A DNA stretch of 46,364 nt from Chloroflexota bacterium (GTDB lineage: Bacteria; Chloroflexota; UBA5177; JAJPKF01): the NCBI GenBank assembly GCA_035653255.1, contig DASRCF010000086.1:1-46364 (forward strand), in the 5' to 3' direction. The number at the start of each line of letters is the position of its first letter. Position 1 is the stretch's first letter. The notes beneath the pieces were generated by a model, which was not told the origin of the DNA, searched no databases, and saw only the letters and a program-made list of their open reading frames with translations. The translations under genes were made by a program, and so were the position numbers. This document shows, piece after piece, positions 9,352-19,626 of this stretch.

Positions 9352-10278
9352 TTACCCGTTGCGGAAGTGGCTGGTATCCACGACCTGGAAGTCCGAACCA
9401 TTTATGCGGTCGATCAGGTGGAGCGTGTCGTCATTCCAGCGATTGTCGGGTGCGCCACTGATGAACCACGGACTGCCGTTGTCGGCCAGGATCATTCCGT
9501 AGGTCTTGAGTGCGGTGAGCAGTATCCTGTCAGTTCGATCGAAGCCCTTGAGTGAAACCGACGCCTTGAGCCGGACTCGCAACCCCATCGGTGGAAGGGC
9601 AGGATCATTACCAGATCCGGCGTCGTGCCTGGCCGGGTAGATGTGCATGCTGCGAGTGGGCATGGCGGTGAAGCGGAGCGCGTGGTTGATCACGCCGCGC
9701 TGGATATCAGAGTATCGAACCAGCCCGGGCAGAATCGGCAGCCCGGCGGCGTCGGCGCTAGTCCAGCCGTCCGGGCGCAGGGCATTCGAGTCGAGATTCC
9801 AGATTGCTCCGGAGCCGGCGTGCCAGCCATGCTTGTTGTGCTCTACGGCAAACAGCTCGTAGAGGTGGCAGTTGGCTTTGTCTAACACCAGCAGGTGATG
9901 ATCGCTTCCGGCCTCGATCTTGGGATGTGCGGGGATCGGATAGGGTCCCTGATCTGACTGATCGGCGTAGTCGAAGGTGAAGCGCACCTTCTTGGCCTTC
10001 TTGCCGACGAGGTTGTACGGGATACCGTTCGAAGGGTCGGAGCCGAAATCCGGATGGAGCCCGGTCTCCGTGCCGATGGAGCTGATGAGCTGCTTCGAGT
10101 TCTTGGCCACCGGCAGCTTCGTCACCGGCCGGTTCCATACGTTGGTGTTTGGGAAGATGGCGCATTTGCCCGCACCGGGCACGGTCACGCCCGTGGCACC
10201 TTTTGGTGGGCCGGCCGCACTGACCGTCACGCCGAGCAGTGCCGTTATCAACGTGCCCAGGACGAACCTACGAATCAT
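9352..10278 (-). CDS. secreted protein of unknown function
   Basis: Signal peptide MIRRFVLGTLITALLGVTVSAAG. 308-aa ORF with good coding character; conserved-looking DAAGLPILPGLVRY block. Lies downstream of the GT2/GT-C pair. Confidence 0.65.
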   Translation of the reverse strand: MIRRFVLGTLITALLGVTVSAAGPPKGATGVTVPGAGKCAIFPNTNVWNRPVTKLPVAKNSKQLISSIGTETGLHPDFGSDPSNGIPYNLVGKKAKKVRFTFDYADQSDQGPYPIPAHPKIEAGSDHHLLVLDKANCHLYELFAVEHNKHGWHAGSGAIWNLDSNALRPDGWTSADAAGLPILPGLVRYSDIQRGVINHALRFTAMPTRSMHIYPARHDAGSGNDPALPPMGLRVRLKASVSLKGFDRTDRILLTALKTYGMILADNGSPWFISGAPDNRWNDDTLHLIDRINGSDFQVVDTSHFRNG

Positions 10279-10409
10279 GACCGCCTCTTTGCTGAAGGAT
10301 GGGAGCTGGAGGGATGGCCCCTGCTCCAGGATGGCCTCCTCTCATGCCGGTTGGTCATAGGCATTGGATGCTAGCCCAATCTAGCGGTCTTACCGGCCGG
10401 TGCTCGCCG

Positions 10410-13076
10410 TCATCCGGTGGCCACAGCGCGAACGTTGCCGATGCCGAGGTTATGCAGAATCGCACTGCCGTTCGGTCTGAGTGGGATGAGCTGGGTGCCG
10501 TTAAGGCGGTAGTAGCGGCGGTGCGGATAGAGGCGCATGAGCCGCCGGTCGCGGTTGCGCTCATCTCTGGCCCAGATGATGTTTCCATCGAGCAAGGGCG
10601 AGTTTTGGTTGAAAACGCCGCCATAGGGCCACCAAGCCTGACGCGAGGGCTGCACCTGAAACACCAGCGCGTCATGGAGGTGGTGGCGTGCAGCTGTGTC
10701 AATAGCCACCGTGGCACCGGAGTCGAAACGGGTCAACAGAGAAATCGTGCCGGGCACATAGTTGACCATGCTGTTGATGGCGAGGACGACAGCAAGGCCG
10801 GCGGGCAGAAGCGCCGCCGCGACCGGCCTCGGCTCGCCTTCAAGCCTCACGCGTAGAGGTAGCCGGTACAGCTCCTGGAAGCCGCGCATAGTCAGGAGGC
10901 ACAGCCACGGAATGATGACGTACCAGTATCGCGGGTAGGTGTACCAGACGCCGTCGGCGAAGTAGAAGATGTAGGCGATCACCACGCTCAGGCTCGAGGC
11001 TGCGAACAGCCAGTCCCAACGGGTGGCTCGGGCGAGCAGGAAGGGCACTGCGGCGATTGCCAGGGTAACGTAGAAGGGCCAGCCGAAGAGGCCGATCTGC
11101 AGGTGCTGCAAGTCGTAGACGATATTCCAGAGCGCACGGGCAAAGTTATAGTTGGATTCATAGTGGCCGGGACCGCCGACGGTCCGCCCAAAGCCGAGGC
11201 GATCGTATGGGCGGCCGATAACGTAGGCATTGCCCAGAATTGACCCGGTGAGCACCTGGTTATAGGCGAAGTAGACAATGGCCGGAACTATGCCTCCGAT
11301 CCCTATCCAGACGACGGACAACGGCCGCTTCCAAAGAACCAACAGGAACGGCAGACACAGCACAATGGCGTCGAGCTGCCTGGTCATCACCGCCGCGCCG
11401 AATATCAATCCGGCCCCGGTGAGGTACTTCCAGCCTTCGCCGCTCAAGCGAAACCTCACGCGATCCCGATCGTGCGGCTGCGTGCGCTCCCACTGGAGCA
11501 GTAGGAGAATCGCCGAGCCGGCGAACAACCAGACGGTGGCGTGCGGGTAGAAGGAAGCGCCGACGAAGAGCAGGAACGGCGACGTCCCCGCCAGAAGCGC
11601 CGCGCCAAGCGCCAGCTTCCACCCGTAGGCCAGGCGGGCAATCAGATACAGGACCACGATTCCGGCGCCGGCCACGACTGGCCCGATCAGCCAGGGCACA
11701 TGCGCAAGCACGCCCAGTGTGAGCAGGGCCGGCCAGCCCGGGGGATACTTGCCGAAGCGGTGTCCATGTTCGATGACGACGAACAGTTGATAGAAGAACG
11801 AAGGCAATCGGGGTACGGGCGCCCACAACCGTCCCAGAGCCATGGTCTGGGCCTGGAACAGATAGGCGACCGCGTCCTGGACGTTGGGCAGGCCATGGTA
11901 GAGAACCTGCGCGATCAGGCTCATGGGCACAATTGCAATGACGCCGATGGCAACGCCGGCGAAGTCGGGCCAGCGGTCCGAGAACTTCACGCGCAGCCTA
12001 AAATCCGGCTTCCCGGTTGAAGGGAGCAGCTCTGCAACGGCCGAGGCCAAAAAGCCGAGCAGTCGATACACGGCGATGGCCATGGCGATCAGAACGAGAG
12101 CCACCAGCTCCGACGGCAGGCTGTAGCGGAGCAGCCTCTTCGCCATCTCGTCAGTCGCTGCCTGAAAGGTAGCCGTACCGTGCCCCTGCGGGGAGCGCGG
12201 ACCGTGGTTCCAATAAAGCCACCAAGCGAAGCGGCGATCCATCCGTATGGCCATGATGTAGCCGCGATCATGGGAGCCGACCCCGACAAGAACACCCTGC
12301 AGGCCGTCGGGCCGCATCAGATCGGCCGAAAGCACGAAGGTGCCATGTGGGGTGACGGGCAGGAAGCCGGCGGAGCCCGGGCTTCCCTGTAACTCGCCCC
12401 GAGGGTTGACGGCCCACGTGCCTTTCGTTTCTATGAGCCTGCCTATGTTGAGAATCGTCGGCCCGCGATGCCGGTGATGAAGTGCCAGCGTAATGTGAGT
12501 CCAGGCAGGCCCAGGCGAGATGAATCGCATGAGGCTGTCGAAGTCCGTCAGGAGGTTCGACACAATGGGCGCACCGTAGGCGCCGCTGGCCTGGACGTCG
12601 TAGGTGTCGGCCGCACCGGTGTACAGGCCGACGCGACCATGCCGGTGGTTGCTGACGTTTAGAGGGCCGCTGTTGTTGCCGACGATGGCCAGATAGCCTT
12701 GATGAGTGCTCTGAACGACGACGTGGAGCGTGTCTCCGAGTGACCAGGTATAGGCCAGAAGCACGATGACCTGAGCGGCAAAGGAGATCCTCAGGGCCGG
12801 TCGCCACGACGCCGATAGGAGAACCACCGCCGAGGAGAGGATCAGGACGGCGATAAGGACCGGATTCAGCTGCTCCTGCAGAATGAGAAGCCAGGCAGAC
12901 AGCAGCACCAGCGCCGCTGCCGTCCAGTGAATCGACCCCTTTACCAATCGGCGGCGCCGTCTCCGAGCAGCCAGACGCTCCCGTAACGGCTCTGGTCGGT
13001 GCTTCGGAGAGGGGGTAACCGTGGTCGCAACGGGCGCCACGAGCCTTCCAACAAGGCGCCTCGATAGATTAGTCAC
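10410..13076 (-). CDS. GT-C fold glycosyltransferase (ArnT/PMT_2-like) with large N-terminal extracytoplasmic insert
   Basis: 888 aa with GTG start, 27 nt after the GT2 stop. Arg-rich N-terminus, then 3 TM helices, then a soluble beta-rich segment of about 220-270 aa, then more than 10 TM helices with a PMT_2-like core (RFGKYPPGWPALL..., YFAYNQVLTGS). Confidence 0.7.
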   Translation of the reverse strand: MTNLSRRLVGRLVAPVATTVTPSPKHRPEPLRERLAARRRRRRLVKGSIHWTAAALVLLSAWLLILQEQLNPVLIAVLILSSAVVLLSASWRPALRISFAAQVIVLLAYTWSLGDTLHVVVQSTHQGYLAIVGNNSGPLNVSNHRHGRVGLYTGAADTYDVQASGAYGAPIVSNLLTDFDSLMRFISPGPAWTHITLALHHRHRGPTILNIGRLIETKGTWAVNPRGELQGSPGSAGFLPVTPHGTFVLSADLMRPDGLQGVLVGVGSHDRGYIMAIRMDRRFAWWLYWNHGPRSPQGHGTATFQAATDEMAKRLLRYSLPSELVALVLIAMAIAVYRLLGFLASAVAELLPSTGKPDFRLRVKFSDRWPDFAGVAIGVIAIVPMSLIAQVLYHGLPNVQDAVAYLFQAQTMALGRLWAPVPRLPSFFYQLFVVIEHGHRFGKYPPGWPALLTLGVLAHVPWLIGPVVAGAGIVVLYLIARLAYGWKLALGAALLAGTSPFLLFVGASFYPHATVWLFAGSAILLLLQWERTQPHDRDRVRFRLSGEGWKYLTGAGLIFGAAVMTRQLDAIVLCLPFLLVLWKRPLSVVWIGIGGIVPAIVYFAYNQVLTGSILGNAYVIGRPYDRLGFGRTVGGPGHYESNYNFARALWNIVYDLQHLQIGLFGWPFYVTLAIAAVPFLLARATRWDWLFAASSLSVVIAYIFYFADGVWYTYPRYWYVIIPWLCLLTMRGFQELYRLPLRVRLEGEPRPVAAALLPAGLAVVLAINSMVNYVPGTISLLTRFDSGATVAIDTAARHHLHDALVFQVQPSRQAWWPYGGVFNQNSPLLDGNIIWARDERNRDRRLMRLYPHRRYYRLNGTQLIPLRPNGSAILHNLGIGNVRAVATG

Positions 13077-13103
13077 GGCCGCCTTAGCTCGATCGCGCCG
13101 ACC

Positions 13104-13799
13104 TTAAAGGAACCGGCATCTCAAGAGCACTGATACGGCCTTCAGCCCGTCTCTCCAAGTGATCTTCTTCCCCTCGTCGTAGGTCCGCCCATAGTAGGAG
13201 ATGGGCAGCTCATACACTCTGAGGTTCGGATTCTTCAGGACCTGAGCGGTCATCTCGGGCTCGATGCGAAAGTCGTTCTCGCGCAGACGGAACCCCTGCA
13301 CAACCTCCCGACGAAAAACCTTGTAGCCGGTCTCCATGTCCGTAAGCGTGGAGTTGAAGAGGAGATTCGTGAGCAGGGTCAGCAGCCGATTTCCAACCAG
13401 GTGCCAGAACATATAGACCCGCTGAGGCCGACCGCCCGAGAGTCGAGAGCCATAGACGACGTCTGCATGGCCGGCCACGATTGGCTCGAGCAGCTGGGGG
13501 TACTCAACTGGGTCATACTCGAGGTCGGCGTCCTGAATGATGAAGATATCGCCCGTCGCCACCGAGAAGCCGGTGCGCACCGCGGCGCCCTTCCCCCGGT
13601 TGCGTTCGTGGTGGATGATCTTGAATTCGGGGTAGGACTCAAACTCGCCCAGCACCTCCGCCGTTCGGTCCCGTGAGCCGTCGTCGACGACGACGATCTC
13701 CTTGTCGAGCCCATTCAGCTCCACGCTACGCACGGCGTGCAGAACCTGAGCGAGGGTGGCCTGCTCGTTGTAGGTGGGAACGACGACACTGAGCTTCAT
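13104..13799 (-). CDS. GT2 polyprenyl-phosphate glycosyltransferase (Dpm1/GtrB/ArnC-like)
   Basis: MKLSVVVPTYNE, VVDDGSRDRT, NRGKGAAVRTG, IIQDADLEYDP. Confidence 0.88.
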   Translation of the reverse strand: MKLSVVVPTYNEQATLAQVLHAVRSVELNGLDKEIVVVDDGSRDRTAEVLGEFESYPEFKIIHHERNRGKGAAVRTGFSVATGDIFIIQDADLEYDPVEYPQLLEPIVAGHADVVYGSRLSGGRPQRVYMFWHLVGNRLLTLLTNLLFNSTLTDMETGYKVFRREVVQGFRLRENDFRIEPEMTAQVLKNPNLRVYELPISYYGRTYDEGKKITWRDGLKAVSVLLRCRFL

Positions 13800-13935
13800 G
13801 CGTTGTCACGGCCTCGTCTCAGAATGTTGACAAAGGAGATCATGGGATTGACGGGTGCGTCGCACTGAGAAAGTGTATCGCCTGCCGACCAGGCGTGAGC
13901 GCAGTAACGAGCGGTACTCCGAGCGTGGCGCCGGT

Positions 13936-15441
13936 TTAGCTGAGCCGGCCGTAAATCTCGCCGAACTTGCCTCTCAGGTAGCGGATGTACGGCTCGGTAG
14001 AGATGGGCTTGCCGGTCACCCGCTCCATCAGCTCCTTGGTCTCAAACTTCCGTCCATGGACATAGAGGTTGTCCTGCAGCCAATGGAGCAGCGTCTCGAA
14101 CTGGCCCTGGCCGATCTCATCAGGGATACCTGGGTTGTCGCCGACAGCCTTCTCCCAAATTTGTGCGCCAAAAACATTGCCGAGTGCGTAATTGGGGAAT
14201 CCTCCCAGCCCCGTCGCCCAGTGGGTGTCCTGGAGGATGCCCAGGCGGTCATTGGGCGGGGTCACGCCCAGGTACTCATCCATCTTGCGTCGCCAGGCCT
14301 CCGGCGCATCCTGTACTGACAGTCGCTCCTCCAAGAGCTCGTTCTCCAGCTCAAACCGCAGCATGATGTGCATGTTGTACGTCAGCTCGTCGGCCTCCAC
14401 CCGAATGAGCGATGGATAGACCTTGTTGACCGCGCGGTAAAAGGTGTCGAGTGATGCGCCTCCGAGCTGTTCGGGAAACGTCTTCTGCAGCTCGGGATAG
14501 AAGGCCTCCCAGAAGGGCCGGCTTCGCCCCACCAGGTTCTCCCAGAGACGGGATTGACTTTCATGGAAGCCTCCCGATGCTCCTCGTGCCACGGGCGTGC
14601 CCTCCAATCCGCGGCCGACACCCTGCTCGTACATCCCGTGTCCTGATTCGTGCATAGTGCCGAACAGGGACATAGAGAGGAAGTTGGGGTCATAGCGTGT
14701 CGTCAGGCGCACATCGTCGATGGCCAGCGCGATCTCGAACGGATGCGTCGTGCGATCGAGCCTCCCCCGGTTGAAGTCGTACCCATAGCGCTCGACCACC
14801 ATCCGTCCGAATGCCTCCTGTTTGGCCTCGTCGAATGGTTGGTGCAAGACCGAGTCATCCACTTGCTCACGTTCCGCGATCTCCTTGATCAGCGGCGTCT
14901 GCTCGCGCTTTAGGTCCCCGAAGATGCGCTCCAGGTCGGTGGTCTTGAGGCCTGGCTCGGCCACGTTGATCAGTGCGTCGTAGGGGCGCTCCTCGTAGCC
15001 GTAGTATCCGGCCAGCTCCCTGCTCAACCGAACCGTGTTTTGGAGAAAGGGCTTGAAGGAGGGAAAGTCATCTGTACGCCGGGCCTCGACCCAAACCTGT
15101 CGTGACTCCGAGCCATGTCGTCGCATCTCTGCCACGAAGGGCGCCGGCACCCGCTGCTGACGCTCATAATCTCTCCGGGTGATGCGGATGATGCTGGCAT
15201 CATCGCTGTCGTAGGGCAGGTCCGAAAGTTCCTCCGCCGCCGCGTTTAGCAGCTCACCGGTTTCCGCCGCCGTGAACATCTCATGGCCGAGCCGCGCCAG
15301 TGTTGCCATCTGCTCACCGCGAGCATGAACGCCCTCGGGGGGCATGTAGGTGTTTTGGTCCCATCCGAGAACAGCGCCGGCCTTGCCGATGTTGCTGATG
15401 GTGCGCAGCCGCTCACGCAGCGCCTCGTAGGCTCCAGCCAT
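13936..15441 (-). CDS. carboxypeptidase, M32 family (Taq-type)
   Basis: HESGHGMYEQG (HExxH), IRVEADELTYNMHI, about 500 aa. Confidence 0.9.
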   Translation of the reverse strand: MAGAYEALRERLRTISNIGKAGAVLGWDQNTYMPPEGVHARGEQMATLARLGHEMFTAAETGELLNAAAEELSDLPYDSDDASIIRITRRDYERQQRVPAPFVAEMRRHGSESRQVWVEARRTDDFPSFKPFLQNTVRLSRELAGYYGYEERPYDALINVAEPGLKTTDLERIFGDLKREQTPLIKEIAEREQVDDSVLHQPFDEAKQEAFGRMVVERYGYDFNRGRLDRTTHPFEIALAIDDVRLTTRYDPNFLSMSLFGTMHESGHGMYEQGVGRGLEGTPVARGASGGFHESQSRLWENLVGRSRPFWEAFYPELQKTFPEQLGGASLDTFYRAVNKVYPSLIRVEADELTYNMHIMLRFELENELLEERLSVQDAPEAWRRKMDEYLGVTPPNDRLGILQDTHWATGLGGFPNYALGNVFGAQIWEKAVGDNPGIPDEIGQGQFETLLHWLQDNLYVHGRKFETKELMERVTGKPISTEPYIRYLRGKFGEIYGRLS

Positions 15442-15673
15442 AACTCTCCCCCTGCTCGTTGAAGTTTCCAGGCTTCCAAGTCTACTAAGCAGTATCGGTC
15501 GACTTCAGATATGAAACCCGCCGTTTGGCACCCACCCACTGCGTTACACGCCGACGCAATACAGGGCTTCAGCCCCTCGATGTCCCGATTGTGCATGTTG
15601 TGGGTACCGAGGCGGAGTGACCCAAACCCGCCCCGCCTCTGGCCGTATCGTTCACGACGGAACCCGGGGCTGA

Positions 15674-16981
15674 CTACAGGATCTGCCCGGACTGAATCAC
15701 CATGGCAGCCTGGTTGGCGCCCGTCCGGTACGGCAGCATCGCCAACTCGTAGGCTTGCCAGACGACGACGTCTCCGGCCTTGCCCGGCTCGAGGGAGCCG
15801 ACCTCGGATTCAAGGGCAATGGCCCGAGCCGCATTGATGGTCATGCCCGCGAGGATCTCCTCCGGCGTCAGCCGCATCTCCAGAGCGGCCACGTTCATCA
15901 CCAGCTGCGACGATTCCGTGGGACTAGTTCCAGGATTGGCATCCGTCGAAAGCGCCACCGGTAGATCGAATTCGTCGATCATCCGTCGCGCCGGGGCGAA
16001 GCGGTGATCGCGCAGGTTGAAGGAGGTCGCCGGCAGCAGGACGGGAGTGACGCCGGCACTGGCCATGCTCCCGAGACCGGCGTCGGACGACGCGCGGAGA
16101 TGTTCGGCCGATACTGCCCTCACATCCGCCGCAAGCTCGGCGCCACCGATGGGCTCGATCTCGTCGGCATGGACCTTCGGCCGCAGTCCCCTGGCCGAAC
16201 CGGCCAGCAGTATCCTCCGCGACTGTCCGACAGAGAACACGCCGTGCTCACAAAAGACGTCGCAGAAGTCTGCCAGGCCCGCCTCGGCGACGGCCGGCAG
16301 CATGCGCTCGATCACCTCGTCGACATATCCATCCGCGTCGGACGCGAAGTCGGGGGGAATGGCGTGCGCTCCCATGAAGGTGGGGACTACGCGTAGAGGC
16401 ATGCCTCGCCCAAGCGCCTGAATGATGCGGAGCAGTCGCAGCTCCTGGGCCGTGTCCAAGCCGTAGCCGCTCTTTATTTCGACGGTGGTCACCCCATGCC
16501 TTGACAGCTCACGCAAGCGGATCTCAGCCGACTCAACCAGCTCCTCGTCGGACGCGACCCGCGTAGCCCGCACCGTGGACAGGATGCCGCCGCCCTTGGC
16601 AAGAATCTCCAAGTAGGGGACGCCACGGAGCTTGAGGCCCAACTCATGGGAGCGGTCACCACCGTAGACGATGTGCGTGTGTGGCTCGACCAGGCCGGGG
16701 GTGACCAGGGCCTGCCGGGCATCGATCACCGTGAGGTCCTGCTCCGAGCGGGTCACCAGAGGGGGCGGCGGGTAGGGATTGAGATGCCGGGCCGGTTCGG
16801 CGAGCGGGATGTCCGGTGGGTCCGGTTGTCGCCGTGGGCCGGCATAGACCACCCGGCCGTCCTCCACCAACACCTCGCCATCCTCTACCGGCTGGATCGC
16901 CGCTGCGTCTCCGCCGCGCGTCCCCGTCATGCCCACAAGGGAGTAAAGCGCGCCGATGTTCTTGATCAGCAGTCGTGACAT
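15674..16981 (-). CDS. hutI: imidazolonepropionase
   Basis: GLVEPHTHIVYGGDRSHE, HADEI, LSTDANPGTSP. ATG 16981 gives the family-like start MSRLLIKNIGALY; the ORF extends to 17101. Confidence 0.9.
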   Translation of the reverse strand: MSRLLIKNIGALYSLVGMTGTRGGDAAAIQPVEDGEVLVEDGRVVYAGPRRQPDPPDIPLAEPARHLNPYPPPPLVTRSEQDLTVIDARQALVTPGLVEPHTHIVYGGDRSHELGLKLRGVPYLEILAKGGGILSTVRATRVASDEELVESAEIRLRELSRHGVTTVEIKSGYGLDTAQELRLLRIIQALGRGMPLRVVPTFMGAHAIPPDFASDADGYVDEVIERMLPAVAEAGLADFCDVFCEHGVFSVGQSRRILLAGSARGLRPKVHADEIEPIGGAELAADVRAVSAEHLRASSDAGLGSMASAGVTPVLLPATSFNLRDHRFAPARRMIDEFDLPVALSTDANPGTSPTESSQLVMNVAALEMRLTPEEILAGMTINAARAIALESEVGSLEPGKAGDVVVWQAYELAMLPYRTGANQAAMVIQSGQIL

Positions 16982-17441
16982 GGATCCATCAGCCCGCGTA
17001 CTCGAGTCCTCTCGCGTAACCGTCACAAGCATTAGCGCAGCGCGCCACTGTGCTGGCCTGAAACTCTCGAAGTGGGAGCGAGGTGTTTCTCGTCCAAGCA
17101 ATTCTGACGGAAATTGAAATGACGTCGGGCCGTGCTGTGGCTATCGCCTCTCCGCCTTCCCTCCGTAGCTCTAGGTCGTCCCCGTCACGCCACCCATTCT
17201 CGATACCGCGGCTCGCATCTGTGCCACGCAAGGTCTCCGGGCCAACGATGCAGTTCAGCTATTCAGTGCACTCGCGACGCGGCTCGCCGATCCGACCTGC
17301 CGCAGCTTTGCTGCCTTCGACGGCTATTTGCGGCCGGCCACCGCCACCGAAGCCTTCGAACTCATCCCTCCTGAGGGTTAGTCAGGCGCCTTGCACCGCT
17401 CCTATAATCGTCACGACTCTGCAGGCGAAAGAGAAGGAATC

Positions 17442-17681
17442 ATGACGGTGGGACCAACGCGAGGCTTTCCGAAGGGCGTCTCCGCTCCCGCGATTCGGGC
17501 GCTGGAATCGGGGGGCTATCACGATCTCTCTGACCTCGCAAACGTACCGATTGCTGACCTTAAGAACCTCCACGGGATGGGGCCGAAGGCTGTGCGCGTG
17601 ATTCAGGCGGCGCTGGCCGAGCGCGGGTTGTCTCTCCGGGGAGGAGAGGAAGCAGATGAGTTTGGTGGTGAGGCTCGGTAA
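17442..17681 (+). CDS. small helix-hairpin-helix domain protein
   Basis: ATG 17442 follows GAGAAGGA. LSDLANVPIADLKNLHGMGPKAVRVIQAALAERG is HhH-like. A TATAAT lies at 17403-17408. Confidence 0.55.
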   Translation: MTVGPTRGFPKGVSAPAIRALESGGYHDLSDLANVPIADLKNLHGMGPKAVRVIQAALAERGLSLRGGEEADEFGGEAR

Positions 17682-17863
17682 GGCTCTGACGAATTTCGCA
17701 AGGCTGAGCCGAACTCCATACGAAAAAGAGGAGGACGCATTCGATCATCAGACGGGACGTCCTTCTCGCTGAGCTTACGAATCTGGGGGCCCCGAAATGG
17801 GGCGCGGCGATAATCGCTCCTACCGGCGCCGTCGAGTGCTGTAGGAACGAAGGTATCGTGTCC

Positions 17864-19537
17864 TCAGTCGCCGCCTTCCATGGGCATGCGGACATTGTGG
17901 CGGCGTGCTGTGGCGATGGCCTCGTCGTAGCCGGCGTCCGCGTGCCGCACCACACCGATGCCTGGATCCGTCGTCAGCACCCGGCGGATGCGGGCCTGGG
18001 CTTCGTCGGTACCGTCCGCCACGGTCACCTGACCGGCGTGGATGGCATAGCCGATGCCGACGCCGCCGCCGTGATGAACTGAGACCCAGCTGGCGCCGCC
18101 GACCGCATTGAGAAGTGCATTGAGGATAGGCCAATCGGCGATGGCATCGCTCCCGTCCTTCATCGCTTCTGTTTCGCGGTTGGGCGAGGCTACGGAGCCG
18201 GTATCGAGGTGGTCCCGGCCGATGGCCACCGGGGCTTTCAGCTCCCCGCGTCTCACCAGCTCGTTGAGTGCTACGCCGAATCTCGCCCGGTCGCCGAGTC
18301 CGAGCCAGCAGATACGGGCCGGTAGTCCTTGAAAGGCCACCTTCTCCCTGGCCAGGGTGATCCAGCGCCGAAGATGCTCGTCGTCGGGAAACAGATCCAG
18401 CACCAGCTGGTCGGTGCGGTAGATATCCTCGGGGTCTCCGGAGAGAGCCACCCAACGAAACGGGCCCTTGCCTTCACAGAACAGCGGCCGGATGAATGCC
18501 GGAGTAAATCCCGGAAAGTCGAAGGCGTCGGCGACGCCGGCAATCAACGCTTGCTGTCGGATATTGTTGCCGTAGTCAAAGACGACGGCACCCAGTCGCT
18601 GCATCTCCAGCATCGCCTCGACCTGCCGGCCCATGCTCTGTCGCGCCTGCTGGATGTAGCTTTCTGGGTTTGCCCGCCTCAGCTCCGCCGCCTCTTTGAG
18701 AGAGCAGCCTGAAGGGATGTAGCCGTTGAGCGGGTCGTGCGCCGAGGTCTGATCGGTGACGACATCCGGAAGCCGCCGGCCCAGGATTTCCGGGAAGATG
18801 TCGGCCGCGTTGGCAACCAGACCGATCGAGAGTGGCGTTCCCGCGGCAAGCGACTCGTCGGCCCACCTCAGCGCCTCGTCGAGCGATGCCGTCTGGCGGT
18901 CGCAGTACCGGGTGGCAATGCGACGTTCTATGCGCGCGGGATCGACCTCGACGTCGATGACGACGCCCCCGTTCATGGTGACGGCAAGCGGCTGCGCTCC
19001 TCCCATGCCGCCCATCCCACCCGTGAGGACCAGCCGGCCGGCGAGCGAACCGCCGAAGTGTTGTGCGGCCAGAGCCGAAAGGGTTTCGTATGTTCCCTGC
19101 AGGATGCCCTGCGTGCCGATGTAGATCCACGACCCGGCGGTCATCTGCCCATACATCGTGAGGCCTCGAGCCTCGAGGTCCCAGAAGTTCTCCCAGGTCG
19201 CCCATGCCGGTACCAGCATGGCGTTGGATATCAGAACTCGGGGCGCCAGCTCGTGCGTCCTAAAGATTGCAACCGGCTTGCCGGACTGGATCAGGAGGGT
19301 TTCGTCATTCTCCAGATCTTTGAGCGAGCGGACGATGGCGTCGAAGCATTCCCAGTTGCGAGCCGCCTTGCCGCTGCCCCCGTAGACGATCAGCTCCTCC
19401 GGCTTCTCGGCCACCTCAGGATCGAGGTTGTTCATGAGCAGCCTCAGCGCGGCCTCCTGCTGCCATCCCTTGCAGCTCAGCTCTGTACCTCGTGGCGCGC
19501 GGACGACTCGCGGCTGATGGAGCTGCTCAGTCGCCAT
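17864..19537 (-). CDS. hutU: urocanate hydratase
   Basis: 557 aa, collinear with urocanase: [32 protein letters not shown]. Confidence 0.95.
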   Translation of the reverse strand: MATEQLHQPRVVRAPRGTELSCKGWQQEAALRLLMNNLDPEVAEKPEELIVYGGSGKAARNWECFDAIVRSLKDLENDETLLIQSGKPVAIFRTHELAPRVLISNAMLVPAWATWENFWDLEARGLTMYGQMTAGSWIYIGTQGILQGTYETLSALAAQHFGGSLAGRLVLTGGMGGMGGAQPLAVTMNGGVVIDVEVDPARIERRIATRYCDRQTASLDEALRWADESLAAGTPLSIGLVANAADIFPEILGRRLPDVVTDQTSAHDPLNGYIPSGCSLKEAAELRRANPESYIQQARQSMGRQVEAMLEMQRLGAVVFDYGNNIRQQALIAGVADAFDFPGFTPAFIRPLFCEGKGPFRWVALSGDPEDIYRTDQLVLDLFPDDEHLRRWITLAREKVAFQGLPARICWLGLGDRARFGVALNELVRRGELKAPVAIGRDHLDTGSVASPNRETEAMKDGSDAIADWPILNALLNAVGGASWVSVHHGGGVGIGYAIHAGQVTVADGTDEAQARIRRVLTTDPGIGVVRHADAGYDEAIATARRHNVRMPMEGGD

Positions 19538-19626
19538 TCTTATCCTCCCGGCCCGGATGTTGGCTTGTCTCCAGTGAGAGCTTGCAATGGACGCCAGCAG
19601 ATTCTAGAAAGTGCCGGGAGGGCAGG

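Noticed and set aside
17727-17767. Hairpin AGGACG...CGTCCT between the HhH gene and hutU as a bidirectional terminator.
   Set aside because: The stem is only 6-7 bp with a 20-nt loop and has no U-tract on either strand, which is too weak to call.
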